Assembly (NCBI RefSeq): GCF_018350175.1
Contig: NC_058368.1
Location: forward strand, 228,782,001 to 228,846,000
Length of the DNA: 64,000 nt
Direction of reading: 5' to 3'
DNA from: Felis catus
Taxonomy: Eukaryota
Positions 50,309 to 62,445 of the stretch are shown here, piece by piece. The translations under genes and the position numbers were made by a program. Every line of letters begins with the position of its first letter. The stretch's first letter is position 1. The notes below the pieces were generated by a model, which was not told the DNA's origin, searched no databases, and was given only the letters and a program-made list of their open reading frames with translations.

Positions 50309-51362
50309 TTAAAAATAATCAAAAGAATGACAAGACAAGCTACGCACTTGGAGAAAATATTTGCAAAAGATACATCTGATATAAAAAAAAAAGCTGTTGT
50401 GCAAAATATACAAATAACAATTAAAAAAAAAAGAAAACAAACATCTGATTGAAAAATGGGCCAAAGCCTTTAACAGGCAACTCACAAAAGAAACTATACT
50501 GATGACAAATAAACATATGAAAAACTGTTCCATATCATATGCCATCGGAGAAATGCAAATTAAAACAACAATTAACTCACCTCTTAGCCAAATCTGGCAC
50601 ACTGACATCACCAAATGCTGGCAAGATATGGAACACCAGAAACTCTCATTCATTGCTGTTGGGAATGCAAATGATACGGCCATTTCAGAAGACGTTTTGC
50701 CTGTTTCTTATCAGACTAAATATGACTCTAATATGACTAAGAAACTAAATAGACTCTTAACCTATGATGAAGCAATTTTGTATTGACTTAAAAGAATTGA
50801 AAAATTATGTTCATGTGAAAACTCCACACAGATATTTGTAGCAGCTTTATTCATAATTGTCAAAACTTGGAAGCCACTGGGATGTCCTTCAGTAGACGAA
50901 TGGATGAACTGTAGCACACACAAACAATATGTTATTCAGAGCTAAAAAGACATGAGCTGTCAAGCCATGAAAAAAGACATTAAAAATGCATATCATTAAG
51001 TGAAAGAAACCGCTCTGAGAAGGCTCTGATTCCAACTTCATGATATTCTGGAAAAGGCCTCACTATGGAGACAGCAAAAAGATAAGTAGTTTCCAGGGAT
51101 TGGGGAGGAAGGGATGAACAGGTGGGGTACAGAGGACATTTGAGGAAATGAAACTACCATGTATGATATTCTGTGGGTGAATGCATCTCATTTTACATTG
51201 GTCCACACTCACAGTATGCACAACACCAAGAGTGAATGTGAACGTCAACTATGGACTTTGGGTGATAATGATGTGGCAATGTAGGTTTGTTCCTTGTAAC
51301 AGATATACCGCTCTGGTGGGAGATCTTGATAATGGAGGAAGCCATGTGTGAGTCGGGCAGCC
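50309..51362 (+). mobile_element. L1MC1-like ORF2 end plus 3'UTR
   Basis: ttggagaaaatatttgcaaaagatacatctgat; gagaaatgcaaattaaaacaac; caacaccaagagtgaatgtgaacgtcaactatggactttgggtgataatgatgt. ORF 50502-50786 is a degenerate piece of the L1 ORF2 C-terminus. Confidence 0.9.
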
Positions 51363-51976
51363 AATAGCATTAGAGGATATAAAAGTGATCTCCAACTGCC
51401 ATAGCACTAGTCTCGCTTCCTAACTAGATCCCATGGGGATTCTGTAGTAATTTTCTTTAGATTTGTCTTGGTCCTGTTGAAATTTCAGAGAAAAACAAAA
51501 GAACTGGGTGGCTGATCTTTCATTAATACAATCCTTTCTGTAATATATTTGGATAAAAGCTAAGATCTCTAATATGTTCAAAGCATCTTTTCATAATTTA
51601 ATTGGAAATCAGGAGGAGAGAGGAGTTTTTAGAGATAAAATCTTATATCATTATCTTGTTATAATTCCTTATTTGGGATGATAATATTCAGGACACTATA
51701 CAGAGGGCAGAGGTGACAGGTATATAGGTAATGATGAGAAGAATCTGAAGTAAGAGCCAGCAAAGAAAGAAGGGACATTAAAATTGAGATGTGTCTTAAA
51801 TTTTATTATAACATTGTTCCGTTTTTGTTTTTTTTTTGATGTGTTTAGGCTGTGATGCAGTAAATGTGTGAGTAGAAATTAACTGCAATAGCCACTATGA
51901 GGAACAGGCCATTAAGGTACATAACAGAAGGATATTCATTTCAGGTAGAAGAAAAGTAAATCCAATATGGTTTTCA

Positions 51977-52219
51977 ACTTTTTTTAATGTTTATTCATTT
52001 TTTTTTTTGAGCAAGAGAGAGAGAGAGAGAGACAGAGAGAGAGAGACAGAGCATGAGCAGGAGAGGGGTAGAGTGAGAGGGAGACACAGAATCCAAAGCA
52101 AGCTCCGGGCTCTGAGCTGTCAGCACAGAACCCAATGTGGGGCTCGAACTCATGAACCGTGAGATCATGACCTGAGCTGAAGTTGGACCCTTAACCGGCC
52201 ATGCCACCCAGGTGCTTCT
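51977..52219 (-). mobile_element. CanSINE
   Basis: TSD caatatg(g/t)ttttca at 51963-51976 and 52221-52234. Confidence 0.95.
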
Positions 52220-52379
52220 ACAATATGTTTTTCAGTATGTAAAAATGCCTTAACAACAAATGGCTTTTTCACTGGAAAGTTAAAATGATTACAAATGCAA
52301 ATATAAAAATGTACTAATGCTCAGCATTAAACAACTAAGTTAAAAGATTTTAAATTACATTTCTAAGCGATAATATTAC

Positions 52380-52745
52380 AAATATTTTAAATGAACTCAG
52401 TAATGCCCATTGTTGGGAAGTTTTCAGGGAAATAAAAATTTCAAATGGTATTTGTGAGTGTATACATGAATAAAGTCCTTTTCTAAGAAAACTTGGAAAT
52501 GTTTATTAAAATTATAAATGTATAAATATTTTCAACCAGAAATTCCAATTCCAGAAATCCATCTTTCAAAATACTTACGTATGTATAAATTATATGCTCA
52601 AGGATGGGCAATATTACTGGAAATCACTTATTGTCCATTCACAGGTAAGTGAAAATTCTAATAAAAGCATATTATTTAATAACACGTAATGGTTAATAAA
52701 AGATGAGAAAGGAGTAAAAATATACTGGGTTAGGCAACCTCTAAA
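52380..52745 (+). mobile_element. Ancient L1ME-like fragment
   Basis: aacttggaaatgtttattaaaattataaatg...ttcaaccagaaattccaattccagaaatccatc. Confidence 0.6.
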
Positions 52746-53032
52746 ATTCTAAAAGCCTTTGAGAGAAGTTTTTCTTTACATATGTTTCTTGTCTCAGAAG
52801 CAACAGATGCTGCCTGCACATTACAATTATTGCTGTATTTCATTTTCCCTTGTTGTCAAAGAAGAAATATGTGACTGTTCATATTTGTGAGCAAGTAGAG
52901 ATGTTTGTAAAGGTGAATAAAGTTCAATGCCATTTCAAGATGAGACATGACTAATCCATCTTTACATCATAAATTCCAGTTGCCGGGTACTATTGCCAAA
53001 CTTCCTGTTCTTGAATTAAAGATGGATGAGTT

Positions 53033-53250
53033 GGGGGCACCTGGGTGGTTCAGTGGACTAAGTGACCAACTTCAGCTCAGGTCATGATCGCGCTGCTCAT
53101 GGGTTCGAACCCCGAGTCGGGCTCTGTGCTGACAGCTCGGAGCCTGGAGCCCACTTCGGATTCTGTGTCTCCCTCTCTCTCTGCCCCTCCCCCACATTTG
53201 AAAGACAATTTGTCTTTCAAAAATGAATAAATGTTAATTTAAAAAAAATA
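53033..53250 (+). mobile_element. CanSINE with a palindromic replacement in its 3' region
   Basis: Standard head and body. See the finding at 53197. Confidence 0.95.
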
Positions 53251-53746
53251 GGGATGATTAGGGCCCTTGTGTGACATCACAAACATTATACACACACACA
53301 CACATATACACATGCACATACACACACTCACACATACGTACACTCAATTGGAAATTCCATGTGTTTAACAATGAGCTGAAAATAGACATTATTGATAAGA
53401 CCTTTAAAAGGTAATTCTGTGTGGGCCTAAAATGAGATTAATGAATGAGAATATTTGGCATTTTAGCTAGTCATGTGAAATTAAAGACCAAATCAAACAG
53501 GATTGTGACTTGCACATTTCAGTAAATTTGCCTGATTGGACTATATCTATCATAATAATTCTTCAAAATTTTGTGTGGGGGAAGGTAGGGCATAATGTTA
53601 AAATTTAATGACATCATGTTTTCTTTAATTCTGTTACTAATTTAGATATGAATTTTTGAATGTAAACACTAGTTTAGATGATACCTTTAAAACACTAGAT
53701 AATACCTTTAAAACTTCTGCTGTGGTTTAAAATATTGCTTACCAGA

Positions 53747-53975
53747 GGGGTGCCTGGGTGGCTCAGTTGGTTAAGCATTGACTCTCGGTTTCAGCTCAGG
53801 TCATGATCTTGTGGTTCATAGGTTCGAGCCCAGCATCGGGCTCCACACTGACAGAGTAGAGCCTGCTTGGGATTCTCTTTCTCTCCCTCTCTCTCTGCCC
53901 CTCCCACTCTCTCAGCCCCTCCCACTCTCTCTCTCTCTCTCAAAATAAATAAATAAGCTTTAAATAAAAAAATAA
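53747..53975 (+). mobile_element. CanSINE (first of a tandem pair)
   Basis: Head ggggtgcctgggtggctcag, with an internal duplication of gcccctcccactctctc. Confidence 0.95.
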
Positions 53976-53979
53976 AGTA

Positions 53980-54206
53980 GGGGTGCCTAGTGGCTCAGTC
54001 AAAGATCCAACTCTTGGTTTTAGCTCAGGTTATGATCTCACGGTTCGTGAGTTCGAGACCCGTGTCAGGCTCTGTGCTGACAGTATGGAGCCAGCTTGGG
54101 ATTCTTTCCTTCTCTCTCTCTCTCTCTCTCTCTCTCCCCCTCCCCACTCTCATACAGTCTCTCTCTTTCAAAGTAAATAAACTTTAAATTAAATAAATAA
54201 ATAAAT
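53980..54206 (+). mobile_element. CanSINE (second of a tandem pair)
   Basis: Head ggggtgcctagtggctcag, (CT)n and tail. Confidence 0.95.
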
Positions 54207-54709
54207 CATAAAATATAGCTCACATAAGACACCAAGTCTCTTAATGCAGAATTATCTCTAATCTTCTAGATAGAGTCAATATTCTATACTCATGTATCCA
54301 CAGTTACAGTACAAAGTAATTTATTTTAAAGCTCTATTGCTTGATTATGTGGAAAACATCCAAATTTTACTATTAATAACAGGTAGCATTTTGGTGACTG
54401 TATCATGTTAAATACTTCACTTTTCATTCAGCACCATGAAATGTAATTTGTGGGAGGAGAAATGAATTTTGAGTAAATAAATGTCAAGGCTAGTCCCTAA
54501 GCTTCATTTCATCAGACTCACACATCTGTGCTCTCTCCAGCATACTGGCAGGATGAAAAATGTCATCTGGGATAAACTAGTGAAATTTATCACATCATTG
54601 CTAACTCTTCAATTAATAAAGTATTTACCTTAAGGAGAGGTTACACTTGATCTTTTAATAATCTCAGTAACATAAAATTTCATGGAATGTACCAACAGAA
54701 GTCATATAC

Positions 54710-54880
54710 TTATTCACAAAATTAATAAATTCATTCAGTCATAATTCAATACATCTTAATTGAAGACCTACCATTTGCCAAACCTTATAGTACTTGCCGG
54801 GTATAACACTGAACATGATAAAGACAATCTCTGTTCATGAAGCTTGTAGTCAAGGGAGGAGACAAAGCAAATATATACTC
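54710..54880 (-). mobile_element. L2 3' end
   Basis: attcattcagtc...ttaattgaagacctaccatttgcca...catgaagcttgtagtcaagggaggagaca. Confidence 0.7.
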
Positions 54881-54894
54881 CAAAAAATACTTTT

Positions 54895-55140
54895 GATGAG
54901 CCATGCCAGTGCCATTGGCGGACCAGTTTTTAGGGCAGCCCCATTGAAAATTTCTGTTTACTTTGCTAGTTTTTTACACAAAGCATGGGCTATCTTGTTT
55001 TATCTCCTGGACCTATTTCCAAATCTATAGGTAGCTGGACAGCCAGGCACATGCATAAGTCAGAAGTACAGGGATTTTATGTTCTCAGGTATAACTCTGA
55101 ATCAATGAGGTGCAGGTGTCAGTGGATAAGTATCCATTGG
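54895..55140 (+). mobile_element. Possible LTR16-like ERVL LTR fragment
   Basis: cagaagtacagggattttatgttctc...aactctgaatcaatgagg...gtggataagtat weakly resembles LTR16. Confidence 0.4.
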
Positions 55141-55504
55141 AAGGAACCTCCAGACAGAATAATGGACAGGCTCATTTAATTCTCACAAAAAGGACAGTTG
55201 GGGCCAACACACTGCAATGGCTGAAGCTCTACTCTTCGCGATGCTGACAGCAAACACCTAACATGTAGCACTGTGTTGCCGAAAAGCAGCTCTAGGACCT
55301 AAATTGAGGGGAGGGGATTAGACCTGCTCACTGTCACTCAGTTACCCACTTGCATAATATGCGCTGCTGGTTCTAAAACTGAAGCTCTGGCTCTTGTTCT
55401 AGTTGCTGAGGGTGGTGTGGGAGCATGTCTATCAGGGAAATACAATAAGTGTTCTTCATATATTCAAGTCCAGATCACTACCTTTTCATTTTGGGCTCCT
55501 TATG

Positions 55505-56293
55505 CCCAAACAATAGAAAATAAGACAAATAGACTTGAATAAACATTGTAAAAAAAAAGGCATCTAATTGAACAATAAACCATGAAATCTTGCTCAGTTT
55601 TATAAAACATCAAGAAATGCAAATTAAAACTACAATGTGATACCATTATATTCCCACCACAGTGGCTAAAATGAAAAACTAAGGAAAATGCAAATGTTAG
55701 CAAAAACAATGTGGAGTCCGTGGCCCTCTCATGGAGTGCTGGTAAGAAGGGAAATTGGGATAGTCAATTTGGAAAATAATATTTCTTTTAAATCTGACCT
55801 TGTGCATACCATACACTCGCAATTCCGTTACTACAAAACTAACAGATCTGTGTCTACGAAAAGCCATATGCTTTAATGTAATGGCAGTCATTCTTATTTG
55901 CCGAAATCTGGAAATTACCCATATACCCCTCGAAAGGAGAATGGATACAGTAGTGGTGATATATTTAGAGAATGGATTACTATTCTGCAATGAGATTAGA
56001 CACCATTAGTATAATTAGATACAATTAGTAGATACAATTATCTACATCTATGCATAACCATATGGATGACTCTCACAAACAGAATGTTGAGGGTGGTTTC
56101 CACACACAGAAAACGGGCACATAGAAAACGGGCAAAACTAATATCTGTTGTTAGGCATCTATATAGTGGTTGTCCTTGGGGGATGTGCTTGGAAAGGTGC
56201 ACACGTGGTAGAGTTTCTGCAGTGCTGGTAATGACCTCTCTCTAGCTGTGGATGCTGGATACATATGTGTGTTCCCTGTAATATGCTTTAGTA

Positions 56294-56294
<1 letters not shown>
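55505..56294 (+). mobile_element. L1ME-like ORF2 end plus 3'UTR
   Basis: catcaagaaatgcaaattaaaactacaatgtgatacc; atggatgactctcacaaacagaatgttgag; ggcaaaactaatatctgttgttag. Confidence 0.8.

Positions 56295-56339
<45 letters not shown>
56295..56339. repeat. (TG)n microsatellite
   Basis: Directly visible. Confidence 0.97.
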
Positions 56340-56340
<1 letters not shown>

Positions 56341-56341
<1 letters not shown>

Positions 56342-56467
56342 CTCAGGCTAAGCCAACGTCAACTGAATCAGTATATCACCTGATCACATTTTGGCTCTAG
56401 GCATCTGAATTATTTTTAAACTCTTCAGGATTCCTAATGCAGACAAAAGGCAACAATCACTTCTCTA
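56341..56467. mobile_element. MER5-like hAT-Charlie fragment
   Basis: actgaatcag...ctaggcatctgaattatttttaaactcttcaggattcctaatgcag...aatcacttctcta. Confidence 0.5.
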
Positions 56468-56519
56468 TTCTGGGTAGAGATTAATGAGAATAAAACAACT
56501 GTGTGTCTGTATCTGGCGT

Positions 56520-56751
56520 AGCTACCATTTGAGAGTGTGGTCCGTGTGCTTTATCTTCATGATTACCTTTAGTACTCAATTCAATCCAGAAAGACAGACA
56601 TTATTGCTCCTATTAATAATGAGAAAACCAAAGTGCAGATTCTATCAAGGACTTGTCTCAAGGTTCAGTAGTTAGTAATTGTCGACGTCAGATTTGAAGT
56701 CTGAGGCCATCTTAGGCTAAATTTTGTTTTCTTTTCCTACTATCACTGCCT
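56520..56751 (-). mobile_element. MIR
   Basis: attattgctcctattaataatgagaaaaccaaagtgcaga...gacttgtctcaaggttcagtagttagtaa. Confidence 0.75.
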
Positions 56752-56780
56752 GTTAACTTTATATTTAAAACCGGCATCAA

Positions 56781-57004
56781 GGGGCGCCTGGGTGGCGCAG
56801 TCGGTTAAGCGTCCGACTTCAGCCAGGTCACGATCTCGCGGTCCGTGAGTTCGAGCCCCGCGTCGGGCTCTGGGCTGATGGCTCAGAGCCTGGAGCCTGT
56901 TTCCGATTCTGTGTCTCCCTCTCTCTCTGCCCCTCCCCCGTTCATGCTCTGTCTCTCTCTGTCCCAAAAATAAATAAACGTTGAGAAAAAAAAAATTAAA
57001 AAAA
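56781..57004 (+). mobile_element. Young feline SINE (SINEC_Fc type), essentially consensus
   Basis: CpGs intact. Perfect TSD aaaaccggcatcaa at 56767-56780 and 57005-57018. Confidence 0.98.
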
Positions 57005-58521
57005 AAAACCGGCATCAAACAAAGAAACAAAACATGAAATTTAGAATTACGAAAACTTGTTTGTTTCTTTTCAGGCTTTGTATTTGAAAATGTACCAGTC
57101 GATGTAAAATCAACTTCCTTTTTGACATAAGAGTTGAAGAGTGTGTTACAAACCTTTTAGAACAATAAAACATTTCTTTTCATCTTCATCCACTCTGCAT
57201 TTATTCATTTGTGGTGCTTTTTGGGCCTCTTCCACTTTTTTTAAACAAATATGAAAGGAAACAAATATGAGAAATGTCAACAAAATTCTCAACAGCAGAG
57301 AGAAATTGAGGCGATAAACAAAGGTAGCATTTTATCCTTGGCAATCCTTATCAATATGCCTCTGCACACATCTTTATTTATAAAACTGCTCTTTTAATTC
57401 AAAATGCTAAACTTTGTTAAGTTACCCTGGCAAATTCTTTCTTTACAAATAGACATAGCTTAACGGATCATAGCTCAATTTCCTGATTTTTCTTTATTTT
57501 TGTATACTGCCATACTTGTAGCAAAATATATTATACTTTTGAGCATTCAATCTTCATGTATCATGCAAGAGTTTAGGAAGGTCAAGGCTTATGGGGAGTG
57601 AAGAAGTGGAAGTTTATGTTATTTTATCAATTGACCTTCATTTATGACTGCAAAATCTCCACAACAGTCATACACACACACACACGCAGACACACGCAGA
57701 CACACACAAGCAGACACACACACTGAAAATAGGGACCATGTCCTTGTGTTTTAATTATTATTTTATGTACCTTTCAATTATACTAGATGATTGACAACTT
57801 ATCAGCATAAATCATTAGATATAAAGTATTCTAGAAGGGACAAAATCATTTGGTTAATGAATTGAAACCATTTTCACAAAAGATAACACATCCCAGCATC
57901 CAGATTCTGGGATCCTAATATAGTCATAATTATTTTTTTAAAAAGTTACTTAAATCTTTGAAAGAACCGAAAGCCTAGAAATAATTCACTCCTGTATCCA
58001 CAATAGGCATTGAATTATACTTCTACATGAATACAGAAAAGCACAGTGTTTATCTTCATAAGAGAACAAAAACTACCTCTTGAATGCTTTTCCCTTTCAT
58101 TCTTTTTTGTTTTTTACCCAAATAATCACATCCTCTTTCTGACAAAATAATTATCCCATTATGTTCTTCAGAGACTGGTTAAAAGAAAATACAGTCCAAG
58201 AATATTAAGACACAACAAAGTACTTTTTCTTTCAGTCTTATTTTAAAATATCTCAAAGGACTGACCTTTTTCGGTTAGTGAAAATGTTAGTGGCTTTGTA
58301 AGCTGTTTGAGCTGATTCACAACACAGGTTTGTCAGACAAAGTATTAGAGATTAAAGTTCTCATCCACATATTTTATTTTCTACTTGTAATTAAAATTAT
58401 TTGAATCTGTCTCATCTTCATTAACTATATCATGTCCTCAAATGGCACACAGATAGTCTAGAATTTATAATTTTATCCCCAGGGAAGTTACAGAACAGCA
58501 TTCCCTTTAAAAACAATTGTA

Positions 58522-58695
58522 GGGGCGCCTGGGTGGTTCAGTCGGTTAAGTGACCAACTTCAGCTCAGGTCATGATGTCATGATTTGTGGGTTTCTAGCC
58601 CTGCGTCCAGCTCAGTGCTGACAGCTTAGAGCCTGAAACCTGCTTCAGATTCTTTGTCTCCCTCTCTCTCTTCCGACCCCCCGCCCCCTGCTCAT

Positions 58696-58738
<43 letters not shown>

Positions 58739-58774
58739 AATAAATAAACATTAAAAAAAATAAAAAAAAATAAA
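58522..58774 (+). mobile_element. CanSINE
   Basis: Head, (CT)n and A tail. Confidence 0.95.
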
Positions 58775-59439
58775 TGCAATTATAGTGTAATGACCAATAC
58801 TCACACTATACTCACACATACAAAGAGATGTCACTGTCAGTATCTAATTACTTATGTCTCTGCCATCTCACATCCCCATTCTGCTAGATATGGAGCAGAA
58901 AAATATCTAGTTTAGCAAACTCAGTCTGCTCCACTAATTTACTCGGTCTGGTTCAGAGGGCTCCATTTTGGATTTCCTTTTCCCTCTGTGGCTTGCCACT
59001 GGAGCAGTTAGCATTACTGGATTTGGACACATTCCCAACTTCTGGTCTTGTTACCCTAGCTACAAGGTCATTCACATGTAGCCACCGTGACCTCGCTGGT
59101 AAGCTGGACAGTCAACATCATCAGCAAACTTAAGGTTCCTTTAAAGAGACGTGGGGAAGGGACACTCCTGGATGTCATCCTACTCACTGGGAACCCAGGA
59201 AAATTCCTAGAAGTCCAAATCAGGAGCATCTTTGATTGAATTAGGCCAGGCTACTGACCACTTCGACTTCCTACAACTGTTTTGGGTGGCCAGAAAACAA
59301 CACAGTACATAAGTGAGTGAGAGATGGGAAAAGGGAATAGAGGACTCTCAGGCTCTCGTCTCCTCAATTCTGGATTTTTCTCTCAACCTAACCCCCTACA
59401 CCATCTCAGACCACAGCTTGAAGAGCTTTGTTGGCATGC

Positions 59440-59615
59440 CTGCTTTTGTACCGCCACTGTGATTATCTCCCTGGTACCATGTTCTCTTTTGCTTTGGCAT
59501 GTTGTGTCTTCCACATCTGCAAAGAGGCATTTTCTCTCCCTCTTCCCTGGTGTATCATGTAGAATGGCTGCCCAGGTACCTGGCACACAATGAATAGAAA
59601 TAAATACATTGGTTT
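59440..59615 (+). mobile_element. L2 3' end
   Basis: ggtacctggcacacaatgaatagaaataaatacattg. Confidence 0.55.
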
Positions 59616-60763
59616 CACATTTTCAAAAAGTTGCCTTCCAACCACAGTTTTGAATCAAATCTCATTTACACCATGGAGTGAGCCTCAAATTCTCCCACTA
59701 TGATGTGGGATACCAAGACAGCTGTTCAGGATAAGATTCTATAATTCTGATCTTATTTTCCAAATTTCTAGCATAGAGAGAATTATTAAAAACAACTGTT
59801 TTGCTATCTTAAACTGTGTGACCATAGGAGTGAATCTCAGCCTCGTTAGGAGGTATTCTCTTTCCATGAAGAGAAAGAGTACTTACCCTCCCCAGCTCAA
59901 CCCCTGGTCAGTCTCACCAAATCTTACTGATTTTAGCACTTTTCCAAAATGTAGGAGCAGAACATCAATGAGTCACGTTACCTGGGAGCCGAGAGATGTC
60001 TGCTCTGAGTCAGACAGGCATCTGGTCAAGGTAGAAATAAAACAAACAAACAAACAAACAAAAAAAAAGATGGGATCAAAGAAGGCTTTCTTTACTTAGA
60101 TCACTAGTATTTTATAACATATCAAAACCAGAAATGATTAATTGACTCAGCCCTGTGAAGTTACACTTCTGATACATCCTTTGTTTATATAACTCTACCT
60201 TTAAAAAAAAATTCCATTTTATCTGTTCCTTGCCTTGTTGCATTAAGATGAAATGCATCATTTTCTCCTTTCCTTCAATGAGCACATATAGGTGGATGTT
60301 AATTTCAAAAAAAAAAAACCCAACAACTAAAATATTACATAATGTAAATAAATGAAATTCCTAAATGTATACTCTTAGAAAATTAAAACTCAGTGGGCTA
60401 AATAAAGAACACTTTAACCACTCCGTATTATTGGAAAGGGATGTTTTCCTTTCCCAGTGAAATCCTGTTAACTTAGAAGTATCTGCTGTGAAGGTGACAA
60501 CTTGTTAATAAAGCTTGACTTTTCCCCAGATTAAAAGCACCTTCAAGTTTGTAAAACCAATAAAACAAGCAAGCTGCTATTACGATCCTTTAAATTTAGG
60601 GAAATAGGCCAACAGATGGAATAAAAAAAATGGCATTTACCTACAGAATTACAGAGGCAGGGGCTAATTCTATTCATCACTGGACATGCCAGATATTTAG
60701 ATAACAAGAATAGTAAACTTTTTTTTTTTTTGGAAATCAAAACTTTTCTTCAAAGAAATTATA

Positions 60764-60837
60764 GGGGCGCCTGGATAGCTCCAGTGGTCAGGCATCCGAC
60801 TTTGGTTCAAGTTATAATCTCACAAGTTTGTGGGTTC
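60764..60837 (+). mobile_element. CanSINE head only (3' part lost)
   Basis: ggggcgcctggatagctcc...gtttgtgggttc followed by unrelated sequence. Confidence 0.85.
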
Positions 60838-61305
60838 CTCCAGGAACTCACAACTGTCTTTAGGTTCAGTGACTTACTAGAGGGGAAAACAACCTTAGTT
60901 TGACAATAGCAAGACCTCTGGTATCTTAGGAGTCTTTTCTTTCTTGGCCTTCAGCTCTGGAGCCATCACTCCAAACCTCAGTCCATACACATTAAATATG
61001 ATTTAGTCTAGCACTTGACAAACAATATCTCAGGCAAGAAGGAATTTATTCAGAATGAATTTTACAAAGAAATCCAAGAACTAGAATTGGAGACTTGAAG
61101 AATGGAATGTGAAATAAGGTAAATAGAGGGGATGAAGTAATTGCTATATGTTCATAGAATTTATAAGGAAAGTATTATGTGCTTAAAATCATCATGCACC
61201 AGGAGGCATATGTCCTAAAGCTATTCAAAAAGGTAATAAGACAAAGGTGACATATTACGGGTAAAGACCTAGAAAATTAACACATTCTTTTACTAAGCAA
61301 ATAAA

Positions 61306-61510
61306 GGGATGCTTGGATTGCTCAGTCGGTTAAGCATCTGACATCAGCTCAGGTCATGATTCCATGGTTCGTGAGTTCGAGCCCCGCATCGGGCTCTGTG
61401 CTGACAGCTCAGAACCTGGAGTCTGCTTCAGATTCTGTGTCTCCCTCTCTTTCTGCTCCTGCCTCACTTAAGCTTTCTCTCTTGGAGAAAAAAAAAACAT
61501 TAATAAAAGA
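61306..61510 (+). mobile_element. CanSINE
   Basis: gctcagtcggttaagcatctgac...gagttcgagccccgcatcgggc. Confidence 0.95.
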
Positions 61511-61773
61511 AGAAATTATATTCAGTATTGGGTTATATTGAACTGGGTGGAGTAGTCTAGTCACTGGACTAGTTGCTTCCTCTCAGCCTCGTCCAGCTAA
61601 GGCAGCTAGATGAGTCAACCGGATCTTCGGGACTCCAGGCTCAGTTAGAAATCACTGAGAAGAGAACCAGGGCTTGCCATTCTTATCCAGCTATATTATT
61701 GGCCCAGGTCTTGAGTTATTTATTATTCTCCTTACAGAACTGAGTTAGCTTTTAATTAGAAAAACGTCATCAC

Positions 61774-61984
61774 CACAACGGAAACAAACCATAAGAGGCT
61801 CTTAATGACAGAAAACAAACTGAGGACTGATGGAGGGAGGTGGGTAGGGGATGGGCTGGGTGGTGATGAGTGTGAAGGAGGGCATTGTGATGAGCAGTGG
61901 GTGCTGCATGTAAGTGATGAATCACTGAATTCTACTCCTGAAACCAATAGTGCACTGTATGTTAACTAAAATGTAAATAAAAAG
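61774..61984 (+). mobile_element. 5'-truncated carnivore L1 (about 210 bp) with TSD
   Basis: Same 3'UTR motifs as 34865-35070. TSD agaaaaa(cg/ta)tcatcac at 61758-61773 and 61985-62000. Confidence 0.92.
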
Positions 61985-62194
61985 AGAAAAATATCATCAC
62001 ATGATTTTGGAGTTGAAACAACTTTTTAAATTTTAAATGTAAAATAATTGTTGAAACTATAAGAAACGTAGAAAACCATAAAAAAAATAAAGCTCCCTTT
62101 GATTGTCACTATACAGTGTTTTGATTTTTGGCATTTTGTTATATTTCTTATTGCCATTGTTTACCTATGCATGTTTCCTTTTCTTCAGCCTTTT

Positions 62195-62247
62195 CTTCCT
62201 TCCTTCCTTCCTTCCTTCCTTCCTTCCTTCCTTCCTTCCTTCCTTCC
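62195..62247. repeat. (CCTT)n microsatellite
   Basis: Directly visible. Confidence 0.95.
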
Positions 62248-62350
62248 TCTTTACTTTCTTCACTTCCTCCCACTGTTTGCTTACAAACTTAAGATCATAT
62301 TCAAAATGTGTTACTATTTTTGTCATCATTTAACGTTAAATAAAAAACAT

Positions 62351-62445
62351 TTCATTCATTCATTCATTCATTCATTCAACAAATACATATTTCATAGTGC
62401 CTATGGAAAGGGCTCTGTTATACACTATGGGATTAAATAAATCAA
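62351..62445 (-). mobile_element. L2 3' end with (TTCA)n
   Basis: (ttca)n followed by acaaatacatatttcatagtgcctatg. Confidence 0.7.

Noticed and set aside
50249..50786. ORF cluster including MTNKHMKNCSISYAIGEMQIKTT
   Set aside because: A degenerate, frameshifted L1 ORF2 C-terminus rather than a functional gene.
53673..57272. Small tandem duplications (about 53673-53714, 56017-56040, 56109-56135, 57243-57270)
   Set aside because: Ordinary slippage duplications of 12-22 bp with no sign of function.
59075..59093. AGGTCA...TGACCT as an oestrogen response element
   Set aside because: The spacer between the half-sites is much longer than the 3 nt of an ERE.
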